Source: the human T2T-CHM13v2.0 reference genome, Homo sapiens
Direction: 5' to 3'
DNA: 64,000 nt
Assembly (NCBI GenBank): GCA_009914755.4
Contig: CP086569.2
Coordinates: forward strand, 320,001 to 384,000
A program made the position numbers and the translations under genes. Of this stretch, positions 1-14,430 are shown piece after piece; within the stretch, counting starts at the first letter, position 1; every line of letters begins with the position of its first letter. A model generated the notes under the pieces. The model saw only the letters and a list, made by a program, of their open reading frames with translations. It was not told the DNA's origin and did no database searches.

Positions 1-1129
1 TCTTCTGTCTCTTAGAAAGTCACCTGTCATTGCATTTAGGGTCCACCCTCATTCATGATCATCTCATCTCAAGATCCTTCACTTAATCACATTTGCAGAG
101 ACCCTATTTCCAAACGATATCTCATTCTAGGTTCTGGGCTTTAGGATGTGGACAGATCTTTCTGGGGGCCACTGTTCAATCCATTACAATTGTATCCACT
201 TCCTTGTAGAGGTTCTAGGGCAGGATCCTTCCTGCCTCTCCCAGCTCCTGGGGGCTCCAGGTGTCCCTGGGCTTGTGGCCGCATCACTCCAGTCTCTGCC
301 TCCGTCTCCACGTGGACTTCTCCTCTGTGTCTGTGTGTCCTCTTCTGTCTCTTACAAGGACACCTGTCATTGCATTTAGAGCTCACCTAATCCAGGATGA
401 TCTCACCTCAAGATCCTCAACTTAATTACATCTGCATGTGTGAGTGGCTTCCCGGAGACACCCCTTTTCTCTCCCATTCCTTTTTCTTTTTCCCTACCAT
501 GGAGGACGAGGACACGCACGCACGGGAACTCAAGTTTCACCCCGTGAGTATTTTAGGCGTGGGGCACTTTCAGCCCAGGTGTATGAAAATGGTCTCATTA
601 AGGGGACTGCTCGGATGACACATCCAGTGAGGGTGGCATTGCCTGTGTGGCAGTTCAAAGAATCGGAGACAAGCTCTAGAGAGAGCGAGGACACACACAG
701 GTGCACGCATCACACACACACACGTGCACACGCGGGCACGCACACACAGGTGCACACGGCCATCACCCCGGCCGCGTGAGAGTGTTGCTTATATCGAAAC
801 CGTCTTCAGCCCAGAAGGTCACTCGTGGCAATAATGGTCTCGTTAGACACGCCATCCATCATTCAAATAATCGCAATTTAGAGCCCGCGTTTCATGCCGG
901 GCTGGTTTAATCACCAGCAGCAGTTTGTGAAGGGCCTCATTCGCCTGGGATTCGGGGATATTGCGTGATTTAGCAGACGTGACCCCTGACCTCTGCGGGG
1001 GGCGGAGAGCCTGCCTTGGAGGCAAAAGCGGAACAGCGAGGGTGACTCACTCAGGGACAATTATTATGCTTAACAGCCTCACTGTCATCTTAGAAGGAAA
1101 AAGAGCCAAAAAAAAAAAAAAAATCCATA

Positions 1130-1262
1130 GGATGCTGAGCATTCCTTCCAGATCCTTCAGCATTCCTTCCAGATCCTTCAGCATTCCTTCCAGATCCTTC
1201 AGCATTCCTTCCAGATCCTTCAGCATTCCTTCCAGATCCTTCAGCATTCCTTCCAGATCCCA
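1130..1262. repeat. 21-bp tandem repeat (agcattccttccagatccttc) x6, preceded by an A15 tract
   Basis: Six perfect consecutive 21-bp copies read directly; explains the IPSRSFS periodic ORF. Confidence 0.9.
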
Positions 1263-2856
1263 GTTTAGAAGAAGGCAGTGGGGTCGGTTTAAATGCACCC
1301 AGCGTGCTCCCGAAGATAATGTTTTTGTTTCTGTAGACGCGGTGGCAGCTTTCTGGCGATTTCTAGGCAATGTACAGGAGGAAAGAAAGAAGGAAGGGGA
1401 GGGCACGGAGAAGCTCCGGAAGGCTGGATGCTTGGGGAAGGAGGTCAGGAGGCAGGACCGGCCGGCCGCCCTCCAGACGTCCAGATGTCCAGACGTCCAG
1501 CCAGCCGGACACCGGTCTGCACCTGTCACAGGTGAGCAGCATTTGTTAGCGACGTCTGCACAGGCATCAGTTGGGTAAAGGATGTTCCCGTGTTGTACCT
1601 GGAGCGAGTTAGAGAAAACGCCACACTTTGAGACGAATTAAGAGTCCGTTTATTTAGCCGGCGGCCAAGAGACGGCTAACGCTCAAAGTTCTCTCGGCCC
1701 CGAAGAAGGGGCTAGATTTTTTTTTTATACTTTGGTTTAGAAAGGGGAGGGGGATCTAGCGAAAACCATTTTACAGAAATAAAGTAGGCAAAAAAGTTAA
1801 AAGGATAAATGGTTACAGGGAAGTAAACAGGTGCAGGGCCTTTAAGACTATTACAAGGTGATAGACGCAGGGCTTCGGGCGTTAGTAATCAGACGAATTC
1901 CTGGGAATTGCGGATATAGCTCGCCACAGTATCTTATCAGTTAATTGCATTCTTGGATGTGCTGGGAGTCAGCTTGCACGAGTTCAGTCCTTGAGGAAGG
2001 GGCTGCCAGTGAAAGAGCCATGATGGAGTCTGTCTGGTTCTCTTAGCTAAGGGTGAGTCCATTCAGGTGGAAACAAGGCTAGGTGATTGAAGGAAAAGGG
2101 AGAGTCTAAAAACAGGGTTAGTAAAAAGGAGGTTGGGCATTACAGGTGAAACCCCGTCTGCCCGAGCCAGCAAACGCTGCTCACCCGTGACAGGTGCAGA
2201 CCCGGTCTCCGGCTGGTCCTGCCTCCTGGCCTCCTTCCCGAAGCATCCAGCCTTCCGGAGCACAGGCAGACGGGTACAGGATGGTCCCCAGGCCCTCATT
2301 CACTTGGAAGCAACAGGAGAAAATCCTCTATTGCATTTCTGCAGCCGTCCGCATTTCTGCGCACAGAGACGGTTAAATGCTTGTCATTTAACTTGTCATT
2401 CTCTCCATAACACAGTGTTCTATTTTTATTTCCATCGGTGCAAAGCTCATCACTCTCCGTCCCCTCCTGCCTGGGATGCTTGCAGCCCCCTTCCTGAGAC
2501 GGTGGCGATCCCCCAGTACCAGATTTTTGGTGATCCCAGGGGGCCACGGGCTGTGCCTGGCATCTCTCTCATGAAACATCTCTTTTTCTTGTGATCATTT
2601 AAAATTCATCCTCGCTCCAAAGAAGGTATCTGTGTAGCAGTGTTGCCTCCGTGAGCCGTCCTGATTTTTTTTTTCCGGTATTTCAAAGGGAGGTTAGGGG
2701 ATCGGGTTATTTTTGGTGAGAACAGCGGGAAACCAAGCCTTGACTTCTGGAGTCCCTGGGGTGCAGGAGAGGGGTCTCTGAGGACCATGGTGGGAAAATA
2801 ACTCATCCCTCCTTTGGTCATCTTTGGAGATGAGCTGAAACCAGGCGGGGCTCTAG

Positions 2857-3187
<331 letters not shown>

Positions 3188-3214
3188 CAAAGATGCCTTT
3201 TAATAAACAAGGTA

Positions 3215-3300
3215 TTTGGGAGGCTGAAGAGGGTGGATGACCTGAGGTCAGGAGTTCGAGACCAGCCTGGGATGACAGGCGTGAGCCACCGCGCCCGGCC
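3215..3300. mobile_element. Chimeric Alu fragments (plus left-arm piece fused to minus 5'-end piece)
   Basis: gggaggctgaag...gtcaggagttcgagaccagcctg followed by ggatgacaggcgtgagccaccgcgcccggcc. Confidence 0.7.
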
Positions 3301-3586
3301 TCATGCCTCCTGTTTTTAGGACATACAGGGTAACTTCCTGCGTGGCTATGACATCTGTAAATGGTCCTGGTGCTGGTGGGAGTGTCTTTTAGCAGCAAAT
3401 GAATTACAGTTAGTGTAAGGTACAATTAGTGCGGTGAGGACAACCTGAGGTCACTTTCGTTGCCATCTTGGTTTTGGCGGGATTTGGCCGGCTTCTTCAC
3501 TGCGAGCTGTTTTATCAGCAACTCTTTATGACCTCTGTCTTGTGCCAACCTCCTATCTCAACCTGTAGGTTAGAATGCCTTAACCT

Positions 3587-4117
3587 GGGGAGGCCGAGGC
3601 AGGTGGATCACCTGAGGTTGGGAGTTCCAGATCAGCCTGACCAACATAGCGAGACCCCGTCTCTACTAAAAATACAAAATTAGCCAGGCGTGGAGGTGCA
3701 TGCCTGTAATCCCAGAACTTTCGGAGGCCAAGGCGGGCGGATCACCTGAGGTCGGGAGTTTGAGACCAGCCTGACCAACATGGCGAAACCCCGTCTCTAC
3801 TAAAAATACAAAATTAGCCGGGCGTGGAGGCTCGCACCTGCAATCCCAGAACTTTGGGAGGCCAAGGTGGGTGGATCACGAGGTCAGGAGTTCAAGACCA
3901 GCCTGGCCAGCACGGTGAAACCCCGTCTGTAATAAAAATACAAAAATTAGCCGGGCGTGTGGTGGCGCGTGCCTGTAATCCCAGCTACTCAGGAGGCTGA
4001 GGCAGGAGAATCGCTTGAACCCGGGAGGCGGAGCTTGCAGTGGAGCTGAGATTGCACCACTGCACTCTAGCCTGGGTGAGAGAGCGAGACTCTGTCTTAA
4101 AAAAAAGAAAAAAAAAA
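3587..4117 (+). mobile_element. Alu (plus) with tandemly triplicated left monomer followed by complete right arm and poly-A
   Basis: Three consecutive copies of ...cctgtaatcccagaactttgggaggccaaggcgggcggatcac...gaccagcctg..ccgtctctactaaaaatacaaaattagcc then a full right arm ...gagcgagactctgtcttaaaaaaaa. Confidence 0.85.
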
Positions 4118-4444
4118 ATCTGAACCTTCTGAGAATGCAGCCCAGAAGGTCTCAGCCTCATTTTACCCAGCCCCTGTTGAAAGTGGAGTTGCTTTACTTC
4201 CAACACCTCTGACACTGCTGTTTGGGAATCTTCCGAATGATTAGAGAGTTATAGAAAGTTAAGGCGCCTTGATCCGGAGAAGCTGGTGCCGTCTCTCTCA
4301 TGGCGTCTGTGGGACAATTGTCCGGGAAGAGGGCGGCTCTGGGCACTCCGGGGGGCTGGAGGTGGGAGCTTCGTATCCTGGAGGTGGCTGTGTGTTTTGG
4401 AGACTCATTGTACCACATAAAACACCCTTAAATATCCTTGCCTT

Positions 4445-5851
<1,407 letters not shown>

Positions 5852-5924
5852 TAAGCTGTATGCCGGATGCATACGGCCGGCCTATAGTTTCTGCAAATCC
5901 AGAAAAGCTTACTGCAACTGCAGA

Positions 5925-8900
5925 AAGAAAAAAAAAAGAAAGAGAGAAAGAGAGAGAGAGAAGGAGGGAGGGAGGGAGGAAGGAAGGAGAGGGAGGGAGG
6001 GAAGGAAGGAAGGAAAGAAGGAAGGAAAGAAGGAAGGAAGGAGAGGGAGGGAGGAAGGAAGGAAGCAGAGGGAGGAAGGAAGGAGAGGGAGGAAGGAAAG
6101 AAGGAAGGAGACAGAGGGAGGAAGGAGAGGGAGGAAGGAAGGAGAGGGAGGGAGGAAGGAAGGAAGGAGACAGAGGGAGGAAGGAGAGGGAGGAAGGAAG
6201 GAGAGGGAGGGAGGAAGGAGAGGGAGGAAGGAAGGAGAGGGAGGGAGGAAGGAAGGAAGCAGAGGGAGGAAGGAAGGAGAGGGAGGAAGGAAAGAAGGAA
6301 GGAGACAGAGGGAGGAAGGAGAGGGAGGAAGGAAGGAGAGGGAGGGAGGAAGGAGAGGGAGGAAGGAAGGAGAGGGAGGGAGGGAAGGAAGGAAGGAAAG
6401 AAGGAAGGAAAGAAGGAAGGAAGGAGAGGGAGGGAGGAAGGAAGGAAGGAGAGGGAGGAAGGAAAGAAGGAAGGAGAGGGAGGGAGGAAGGAGAGGGAGG
6501 GAGGAAGGAAGGAAGGAGACAGAGGGAGGAAGGAGAGGGAGGAAGGAAGGAGAGGGAGGGAGGAAGGAAGGAAGGAGACAGAGGGAGGAAGGAGAGGGAG
6601 GAAGGAAGGAGAGGGAGGGAGGAAGGAAGGAAGGAGACAGAGGGAGGAAGGAGAGGGAGGAAGGAAGGAGAGGGAGGGAGGAAGGAAGGAAGGAGACAGA
6701 GGGAGGAAGGAGAGGGAGGAAGGAAGGAGAGGGAGGGAGGAAGGAGAGGGAGGAAGGAAGGAGAGGGAGGGAGGGAAGGAAGGAAGGAAAGAAGGAAGGA
6801 AAGAAGGAAGGAAGGAGAGGGAGGGAGGAAGGAAGGAAGGAGAGGGAGGAAGGAAAGAAGGAAGGAGAGGGAGGGAGGAAGGAGAGGGAGGGAGGAAGGA
6901 AGGAAGGAGACAGAGGGAGGAAGGAGAGGGAGGAAGGAAGGAGAGGGAGGGAGGAAGGAAGGAAGGAGACAGAGGGAGGAAGGAGAGGGAGGAAGGAAGG
7001 AGAGGGAGGGAGGAAGGAAGGAAGGAGACAGAGGGAGGAAGGAGAGGGAGGAAGGAAGGAGAGGGAGGGAGGAAGGAAGGAAGGAGACAGAGGGAGGAAG
7101 GAGAGGGAGGAAGGAAGGAGAGGGAGGGAGGAAGGAGAGGGAGGGAGGAAGGAGAGGGAGGAAGGAAGGAAGGAAGGAGACAGAGGGAGGAAGGAGAGGG
7201 AGGAAGGAAGGAGAGGGAGGGAGGAAGGAAGGAAGGACACAGAGGGAGGAAGGAGAGGGAGGAAGGAAGGAGAGGGAGGGAGGAAGGAAGGAAGGAGACA
7301 GAGGGAGGAAGGAGAGGGAGGAAGGAAGGAGAGGGAGGGAGGAAGGAGAGGGAGGGAGGAAGGAAGGAGAGGGAGGAAGGAAGGAAGGAGACAGGGAGGA
7401 AGGAGAGGGAGGGAGGAAGGAGAGGGAGGGAGGAAGGAAGGAAGGAGACAGAGGGAGGAAGGAGAGGGAGGGAGGAAGGAGAGGGAGGGAGGAAGGAGAG
7501 GGAGGGAGGAAGGAGAGGGAGGAAGGAAGAGGGAGGAAGGAAGGAGAGGGAGGGAGGAAGGAGAGGGAGGGAGGAAGGAGAGGGAGGGAGGAAGGAGAGG
7601 GAGGGAGGAAGGAGAGGGAGGGAGGAAGGAGAGGGAGGGAGGAAGGAGACAGAGGGAGGAAGGAGAGGGAGGAAGGAAGGAGAGGGAGGGAGGAAGGAGA
7701 GGGAGGGAGGAAGGAGAGGGAGGAAGGAAGGAAGGAAGGAGACAGAGGGAGGAAGGAGAGGGAGGAAGGAAGGAGAGGGAGGGAGGAAGGAAGGAAGGAG
7801 TCAGAGGGAGGAAGGAGAGGGAGGAAGGAAGGAGAGGGAGGGAGGAAGGAGAGGGAGGGAGGAAGGAGAGGGAGGGAGGAAGGAAGGAAGGAGACAGAGG
7901 GAGGAAGGAGAGGGAGGAAGGAAGGAGAGGGAGGGAGGAAGGAAGGAAGGACACAGAGGGAGGAAGGAGAGGGAGGAAGGAAGGAGAGGGAGGGAGGAAG
8001 GAAGGAAGGAGACAGAGGGAGGAAGGAGAGGGAGGAAGGAAGGAGAGGGAGGGAGGAAGGAGAGGGAGGGAGGAAGGAGAGGGAGGGAGGAAGGAAGGAG
8101 AGGGAGGAAGGAAGGAAGGAGACAGAGGGAGGAAGGAGAGGGAGGGAGGAAGGAGAGGGAGGGAGGAAGGAAGGAAGGAGACAGAGGGAGGAAGGAGAGG
8201 GAGGAAGGAAGGAGAGGGAGGGAGGAAGGAGAGGGAGGAAGGAGAGGGAGGAAGGAGAGGGAGGAAGGAAGGAGACAGAGGGAGGAAGGAGAGGGAGGGA
8301 GGAAGGAGAGGGAGGGAGGAAGGAGAGGGAGGAAGGAAGGAGAGGGAGGAAGGAAGGAAGGAAGGAGACAGAGGTAGGAAGGAGAGGGAGGAAGGAAGGA
8401 GAGGGAGGGAGGAAGGAAGGAAGGAGACAGAGGGAGGAAGGAGAGGGAGGAAGGAAGGAGAGGGAGGGAGGAAGGAGAGGGAGGAAGGAAGGAGACAGAG
8501 GGAGGAAGGAGAGGGAGGAAGGAAGGAGAGGGAGGGAGGAAGGAGAGGGAGGAAGGAAGGAGACAGAGGGAGGAAGGAGAGGGAGGAAGGAAGGAGAGGG
8601 AGGGAGGAAGGAGAGGGAGGAAGGAAGGAGACAGAGGGAGGAAGGAGAGAGAGGAAGGAAGGAGAGGGAGGGAGGAAGGAGAGGGAGGAAGGAAGGAGAC
8701 AGAGGGAGGAAGGAGAGGGAGGAAGGAAGGAGAGGGAGGGAGGAAGGAGAGGGAGGAAGGAAGGAGACAGAGGGAGGAAGGAGAGGGAGGAAGGAAGGAG
8801 AGGGAGGGAGGAAGGAAGGAAGGAGACAGAGGGAGGAAGGAAGGAAGGAGACAGAGGGAGGAAGGAGAGGGAGGAAGGAAGGAGAGGGAGGGAGGAAGGA

Positions 8901-11446
8901 GAGGGAGGGAGGAAGGAGAGGGAGGAAGGAAGGAGACAGAGGGAGGAAGGAGAGGGAGGAAGGAAGGAGAGGGAGGGAGGAAGGAGAGGGAGGAAGGAAG
9001 GAGACAGAGGGAGGAAGGAGAGGGAGGAAGGAAGGAGAGGGAGGGAGGAAGGAGAGGGAGGAAGGAAGGAGACAGAGGGAGGAAGGAGAGGGAGGAAGGA
9101 AGGAGAGGGAGGGAGGAAGGAAGGAAGGAGACAGAGGGAGGAAGGAAGGAAGGAGACAGAGGGAGGAAGGAGAGGGAGGAAGGAAGTAGAGGGAGGGAGG
9201 AAGGAGAGGGAGGGAGGAAGGAGAGGGAGGAAGGAAGGAGACAGAGGGAGGAAGGAGAGGGAGGAAGGAAGGAGAGGGAGGGAGGAAGGAGAGGGAGGAA
9301 GGAAGGAGACAGAGGGAGGAAGGAGAGGGAGGAAGGAAGGAGAGGGAGGGAGGAAGGAGAGGGAGGAAGGAAGGAGACAGAGGGAGGAAGGAGAGGGAGG
9401 AAGGAAGGAGAGGGAGGAAGGAAGGAGAGGGAGGAAGGAAGGAGACAGAGGGAGGAAGGAGAGGGAGGAAGGAAGGAGAGGGAGGGAGGAAGGAAGGAAG
9501 GAGACAGAGGGAGGAAGGAGAGGGAGGAAGGAAGGAGAGGGAGGAAGGAAGGAAGGAAGGAGACAGAGGGAGGAAGGAAGGAAGGAGACAGAGGGAGGAA
9601 GGAGAGGGAGGAAGGAAGGAGAGGGAGGGAGGAAGGAAGGAAGGAGACAGAGGGAGGAAGGAAGGAAGGAGACAGAGGGAGGAAGGAGAGGGAGGGAGGA
9701 AGGAGAGGGAGGGAGGAAGGAAGGAAGGAGACGGAGGAAGGAAGGAGAGGGAGGGAGGAAGGAAGGAAGGAGATGGAGGAAGGAAGGAGAGGGAGGAAGG
9801 AAGGAGAGGGAGGAAGGAAGGAGAGGGAGGAAGGAAGGAGAGGGAGGAAGGAAGGAGAGGGAGGAAGGAAGGAGAGGGAGGGAGGAAGGAAGGAGATAGA
9901 GGGAGGAAGGAGAGGGAGGGAGGAAGGAGAGGGAGGGAGGAAGGAAGGAAGGAGAGGGAGGGAGGAAGGAGAGGGAGGGAGGAAGGAAGGAGAGGGAGGA
10001 AGGAGAGGGAGGGAGGAAGGAAGGAGAGGGAGGGAGGAAGGAAGGAGATGGAGGGAGGAAGGAGACGGAGGAAGGAAGGAGAGGGAGGGAGGAAGGAAGG
10101 AAGGAGACGGAGGAAGGAAGGAGAGGGAGGGAGGAAGGAAGGAGACGGAGGAAGGAGACGGAGGAAGGAAGGAGAGGGAGGAAGGAAGGAAGGAAGGAGA
10201 TGGAGGAAGGAAGGAGAGGGAGGAAGGAAGGAGGGAAGGGAGGGAGGAAGGAAGGAGACAGAGGGAGGAAGGAGACAGAGGGAGGAAGGAGAGGGAGGGA
10301 GGAAGGAAGGAAGGAAGGAGAGGGAGGAAGGAAGGAAGGAAGGAGACAGAGGGAGGAAGGAAGGAGACGGAGGAAGGAAGGAGAGGGAGGGAGGAAGGAA
10401 GGAAGGAGATGGAGGAAGGAAGGAGAGGGAGGAAGGAAGGAGAGGGAGGGAGGAAGGAAGGAAGGAGACGGAGGAAGGAAGGAGAGGGAGGGAGGAAGGA
10501 AGGAGACGGAGGAAGGAGACGGAGGAAGGAAGGAGAGGGAGGAAGGAAGGAAGGAGATGGAGGAAGGAAGGAGAGGGAGGAAGGAAGGAGGGAAGGGAGG
10601 GAGGAAGGAAGGAGAGGGAGGGAAGGAAGGAGAGGGAGGGAGGAAGGAGGGAAGGGAGGGAGGAAGGAAGGAGAGGGAGGGAGGAAGGAAGGAGACGGAG
10701 GAAGGAGAGGGAGGAAGGAAGGAGAGGGAGGAAGGAAGGAAGGAGAGGGAGGAAGGAAGGGAAGGGAGGAAGGAAGGGAAGGGAGGGAGGAAGGAAGGAA
10801 GGAGACGGAGGAAGGAAGGAGAGGGAGGGAGGAAGGAAGGAGACGGAGGAAGGAGACGGAGGAAGGAAGGAGAGGGAGGAAGGAAGGAAGGAAGGAGATG
10901 GAGGAAGGAAGGAGAGGGAGGAAGGAAGGAGGGAAGGGAGGGAGGAAGGAAGGAGAGGGAGGGAAGGAAGGAGAGGGAGGAAGGAAGGAGAGGGAGGGAG
11001 GAAGGAGGGAAGGGAGGGAGGAAGGAAGGAGAGGGAGGGAGGAAGGAAGGAGACGGAGGAAGGAGAGGGAGGAAGGAAGGAGAGGGAGGAAGGAAGGAAG
11101 GAGAGGGAGGAAGGAAGGGAAGGGAGGAAGGAAGGGAAGGGAGGGAGGAAGGAAGGAGAGGGAGGAAGGAAGGAAAGAGAGGGAGGAAGGAAGGGAAGGG
11201 AGGAAGGAAGGGAAGGGAGGGAGGAAGGAAGGAGAGGGAGGAAGGAAGGAGAGGGAGGAAGGAAGGGAAGGGAGGGAGGAAGGAAGGAGAGGGAGGAAGG
11301 AAGGAGAGGGAGGAAGGAAGGAAGGAAGGAGATGGAGGAAGGAAGGAGAGGGAGGAAGGAAGGAGGGAAGGGAGGGAGGAAGGAAGCAGAGGGAGGGAAG
11401 GAAGGAAGGAGGGGAGGGAGGAAGGAAAGAAAGAAGGAAGGAAGAT
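5925..11446. repeat. ~5.5 kb purine-only satellite/VNTR (GGAAGGAGAGGGAGG-like 15-mer with GGAAGGAAGGAGACAGAGGGAGG variants)
   Basis: Plus strand is essentially only A/G for 5.5 kb with 15/30/45-bp periodicity; neither strand can carry a stop codon, which explains ORFs 5860..9189(+), 5909..7954(-), 9773..11563(+) and others. Confidence 0.95.
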
Positions 11447-11753
11447 TCTAATTCAAATCAGTTGCTTAAGAGGGAGAGATCAGGAAGTTCCCAACTAAAG
11501 TGCTGGGGTGACAGGTGTGAGCCACCATGCCCGGCCAGGTTCCCCAGCTGTTTGGACAAGTAGTAACAAGTAGCTAACTGCAAATGCACAAAGAAAGAAG
11601 GAGGAAAGAAAGAAAGAGAGAGAGAGAAGGAAGAAAGGAAAGAGAAAGAAGAAAAGAAAAAACCAATTCTAATTCAAATCAGTTGCTTAAGAGGGAGAGA
11701 TCAGGAAGAAAGAAAGAAGGAAAGAGAAAGAAAGGAAAAGAAGAAAGAAAGAG

Positions 11754-11808
<55 letters not shown>

Positions 11809-11860
11809 AAAACAAATCCTAATTCAAATCACTTGCTTAAGAGGGAGAAATAAGGCAATT
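11445..11860. repeat. (GAAA)n/(GGAA)n tracts interleaved with three copies of a ~42-bp unit (ttctaattcaaatcagttgcttaagagggagagatcaggaag)
   Basis: The 42-bp unit occurs at ~11445, ~11666 and ~11816, each flanked by gaaa-type purine microsatellite. Confidence 0.85.
11495..11537 (-). mobile_element. Alu 5'-end fragment (minus)
   Basis: ctaaagtgctggggtgacaggtgtgagccaccatgcccggcc. Confidence 0.8.
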
Positions 11861-12338
11861 TCCCACCAGGAGGATGCCGTCTAGATCGGACGGTGTTGTT
11901 GGTACGGGACCTGACTCTGAAGTCACTAACAAAACTCCCAGGCTTTGTGCAAAGGAGAACCTCTAAGCCCCCGGGAACGGCGTTTTCTCGCTCGCCACCA
12001 TGAGTCTGGCTGGCTCGCCTCCTTGTAGAACGAGGTGGCCGCAAGTTTGGCGGCCTCTGGAGAAACGGCGGTGCATTTGTTGACGTAAGAAGTAATGTAG
12101 AGGGTGGGGGAGTGTCTGTTCCATGATAATTTCTGAATAGTGCGTTTCTCCGGAGCCATACATCATTGTCAAGTCAGAAGATTACACGTACCGTTGCCTT
12201 TGTGAACCGGGGACTCGGGGTGGGGGCAAATGTCCCCAAATGCAAATCCGCCTGGTAGATAGAGTGAGATAGATATGAATGTAGACACCACGGGTCTCCT
12301 TCCCCGACAACCCACCTTTTTTTGTTTGTTTGTTTTAG

Positions 12339-12479
12339 GTGATTCAGGGACAAAGCTTTCCTGGAACAACAAGGCTGAAATTACATCATCATTGCAGACG
12401 TCCGTCGGCAAGCGGCGTTTTATTTCAAGGCTAGGAGCTGAAATGATCGTGTTCAGTCACGCACACCGTCTATGATAAG
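12339..12479 (+). other. Candidate spliced exon (noncoding or UTR): polypyrimidine tract + AG acceptor at 12337-12338, consensus donor AAG|GTAGGT at 12479/12480
   Basis: tttttttgtttgtttgttttag|GTGATTCAGG ... ATGATAAG|gtaggtctggg; the surrounding unique sequence is CpG-rich for human DNA; the only supporting ORF (12275..12475) ends in a stop just before the donor. Confidence 0.25.
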
Positions 12480-12697
12480 GTAGGTCTGGGCGGGAAGGGA
12501 GGTGCAGAATACATGCAATCATTCATCGAGATGAAAATAAAGTCAATCGAGCGCTCTCCCCCTGGAGGGAACAGGAAGGCAAACGTTTGTCTGGCTGAAA
12601 ACACAGGCAAAAAAATTTAGACGTTGTCTATAGCTGCAACCAGATTTGGAGACAGAGGCCAAGCACCTGAATCGTTGCCCCAACTTTCTAGTTTTAA

Positions 12698-13037
<340 letters not shown>

Positions 13038-13282
13038 CCTCTACACACACGTTTATATACACACATACCTGACCATATATATGCATACATCTATATTTAT
13101 CACACATACGTACATAGATGTATGGATTTTGTTACAGACAGAAACTTAATTTAACCATCTCTGACACATTGCTTCTTAAATTATAAAGCCACTTTCCCAC
13201 TTTCCCGATATCCACTGGTGGCACACTGAATCTGAGTTAGTTCTAAATGTTTCAATGCGATTGTGTGTATATATGCCTTCCT

Positions 13283-14430
13283 AGAATGGGATGTATACAG
13301 CTGGCCTGTGGTCTCTCCCTCCCTAGAGTGAGATGTATACGGTTGGCCTGCAGTCTGTCTTTCTAGTGTGGGATGTATACAGCTGGCCTGTTGTCTCCCT
13401 CTGTAGAGTGGGATGTATACAGCCGGCCTGCGGTTTCTTTCTTCCTAGAGTGGGATGTATACAGCCGGCCTGTGGTCTGTCTCTCTAGTGTGGGATGTAT
13501 ACAGTTGGCCTGTGGTGTTTCTCCCTAGAGGGGGATGTATATAGTCAGCCCGTGGTTTCTTTCTTCCTAGTGTGGGATGTATACAGCCGGCCTATGGTCT
13601 GTCTCTCTAGTGTGGGATGTATACAGCTGGCCTGTGGCCTCCCTCTCTAGAGTGGGATGTATACAGTTGGTCTGTGGTCTCTTCCTCCCTAGAGTGGAAT
13701 GTATACAGCCGGCCTGTGGTCTCTCTTTCTAGAGAAGGATGTATACAGCCGGCCTGTGGTCTCCCTCCCAGGAGTGGAATGTATACAGTCGGCCTGCGGT
13801 CTCCCTCCCAGGAGTGGGATGTATACAGCCGGCCTGTGGTCTCTCTTTCTAGAGAAGGATGTATACAGCAGCCTGCGGTCTCCCTCCCAGGAGTGGAATG
13901 TATACAGCCGGCCTGTGCTCTCCCTCCCAGGAGTGATATGTATACAGCCGGCCTGTGGTCTCCCTCCCTAGAGTGATATGTATACAGTTGGCCTGTGGTC
14001 TCCCTCCCAGGAGTGGGATGTATACAGCCGGCCTGTGGTCTCTCTTTCTAGAGAAGGATGTATACAGCCGGCCTGTGGTCTCCCTCCCAGGAGTGGGATG
14101 TATACAGCAGCCTGCGGTCTCCCTCCCAGGAGTGGAATGTATACAGCCGGCCTGTGGTCTCTCTTTCTAGAGAAGGATGTATACAGCCGGCCTGTGGTCT
14201 CCCTCCCAGGAGTGGGATGTATACAGCAGCCTGCGGTCTCCCTCCCAGGATTGGAATGTATACAGCCGGCCTGTGGTCTCCCTCCCTAGAGTGATATGTA
14301 TACAGTCGGCCTGTGGTCTCCCTCCCTAGAGTGATATGTATACAGTCGGCCTGTGGTCTCCCTCCCAGGAGTGGGATGTATACAGTCGGCCTGTGGCCTT
14401 CCTGCCTGGTGTGTATACAGCAGGCCTGTA
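13283..14430. repeat. ~40-bp minisatellite (gggatgtatacagccggcctgtggtctccctcccaggagt), ~28 copies
   Basis: Regular 40/41-bp periodicity with variant units (tagagtg / ctagagaa); explains the MYTAGLW.. periodic ORFs. Confidence 0.95.

Noticed and set aside
961-1578. 205-aa ORF containing IPSRSFS x6
   Set aside because: The periodic segment is the 21-bp x6 tandem repeat. The remainder is short, has no homology I can recognise, and is interrupted on the other strand by an equally long ORF, which is typical of a GC-rich non-coding region.
5860-9189. 1109-aa ORF (R/K/E/G-rich) plus overlapping 681-aa minus ORF and 596/467/432-aa ORFs up to 11563
   Set aside because: They lie entirely within the purine-only satellite. 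No strand can encode a stop codon there, the composition is pure low complexity, and there is no start context or domain. They are artefacts.
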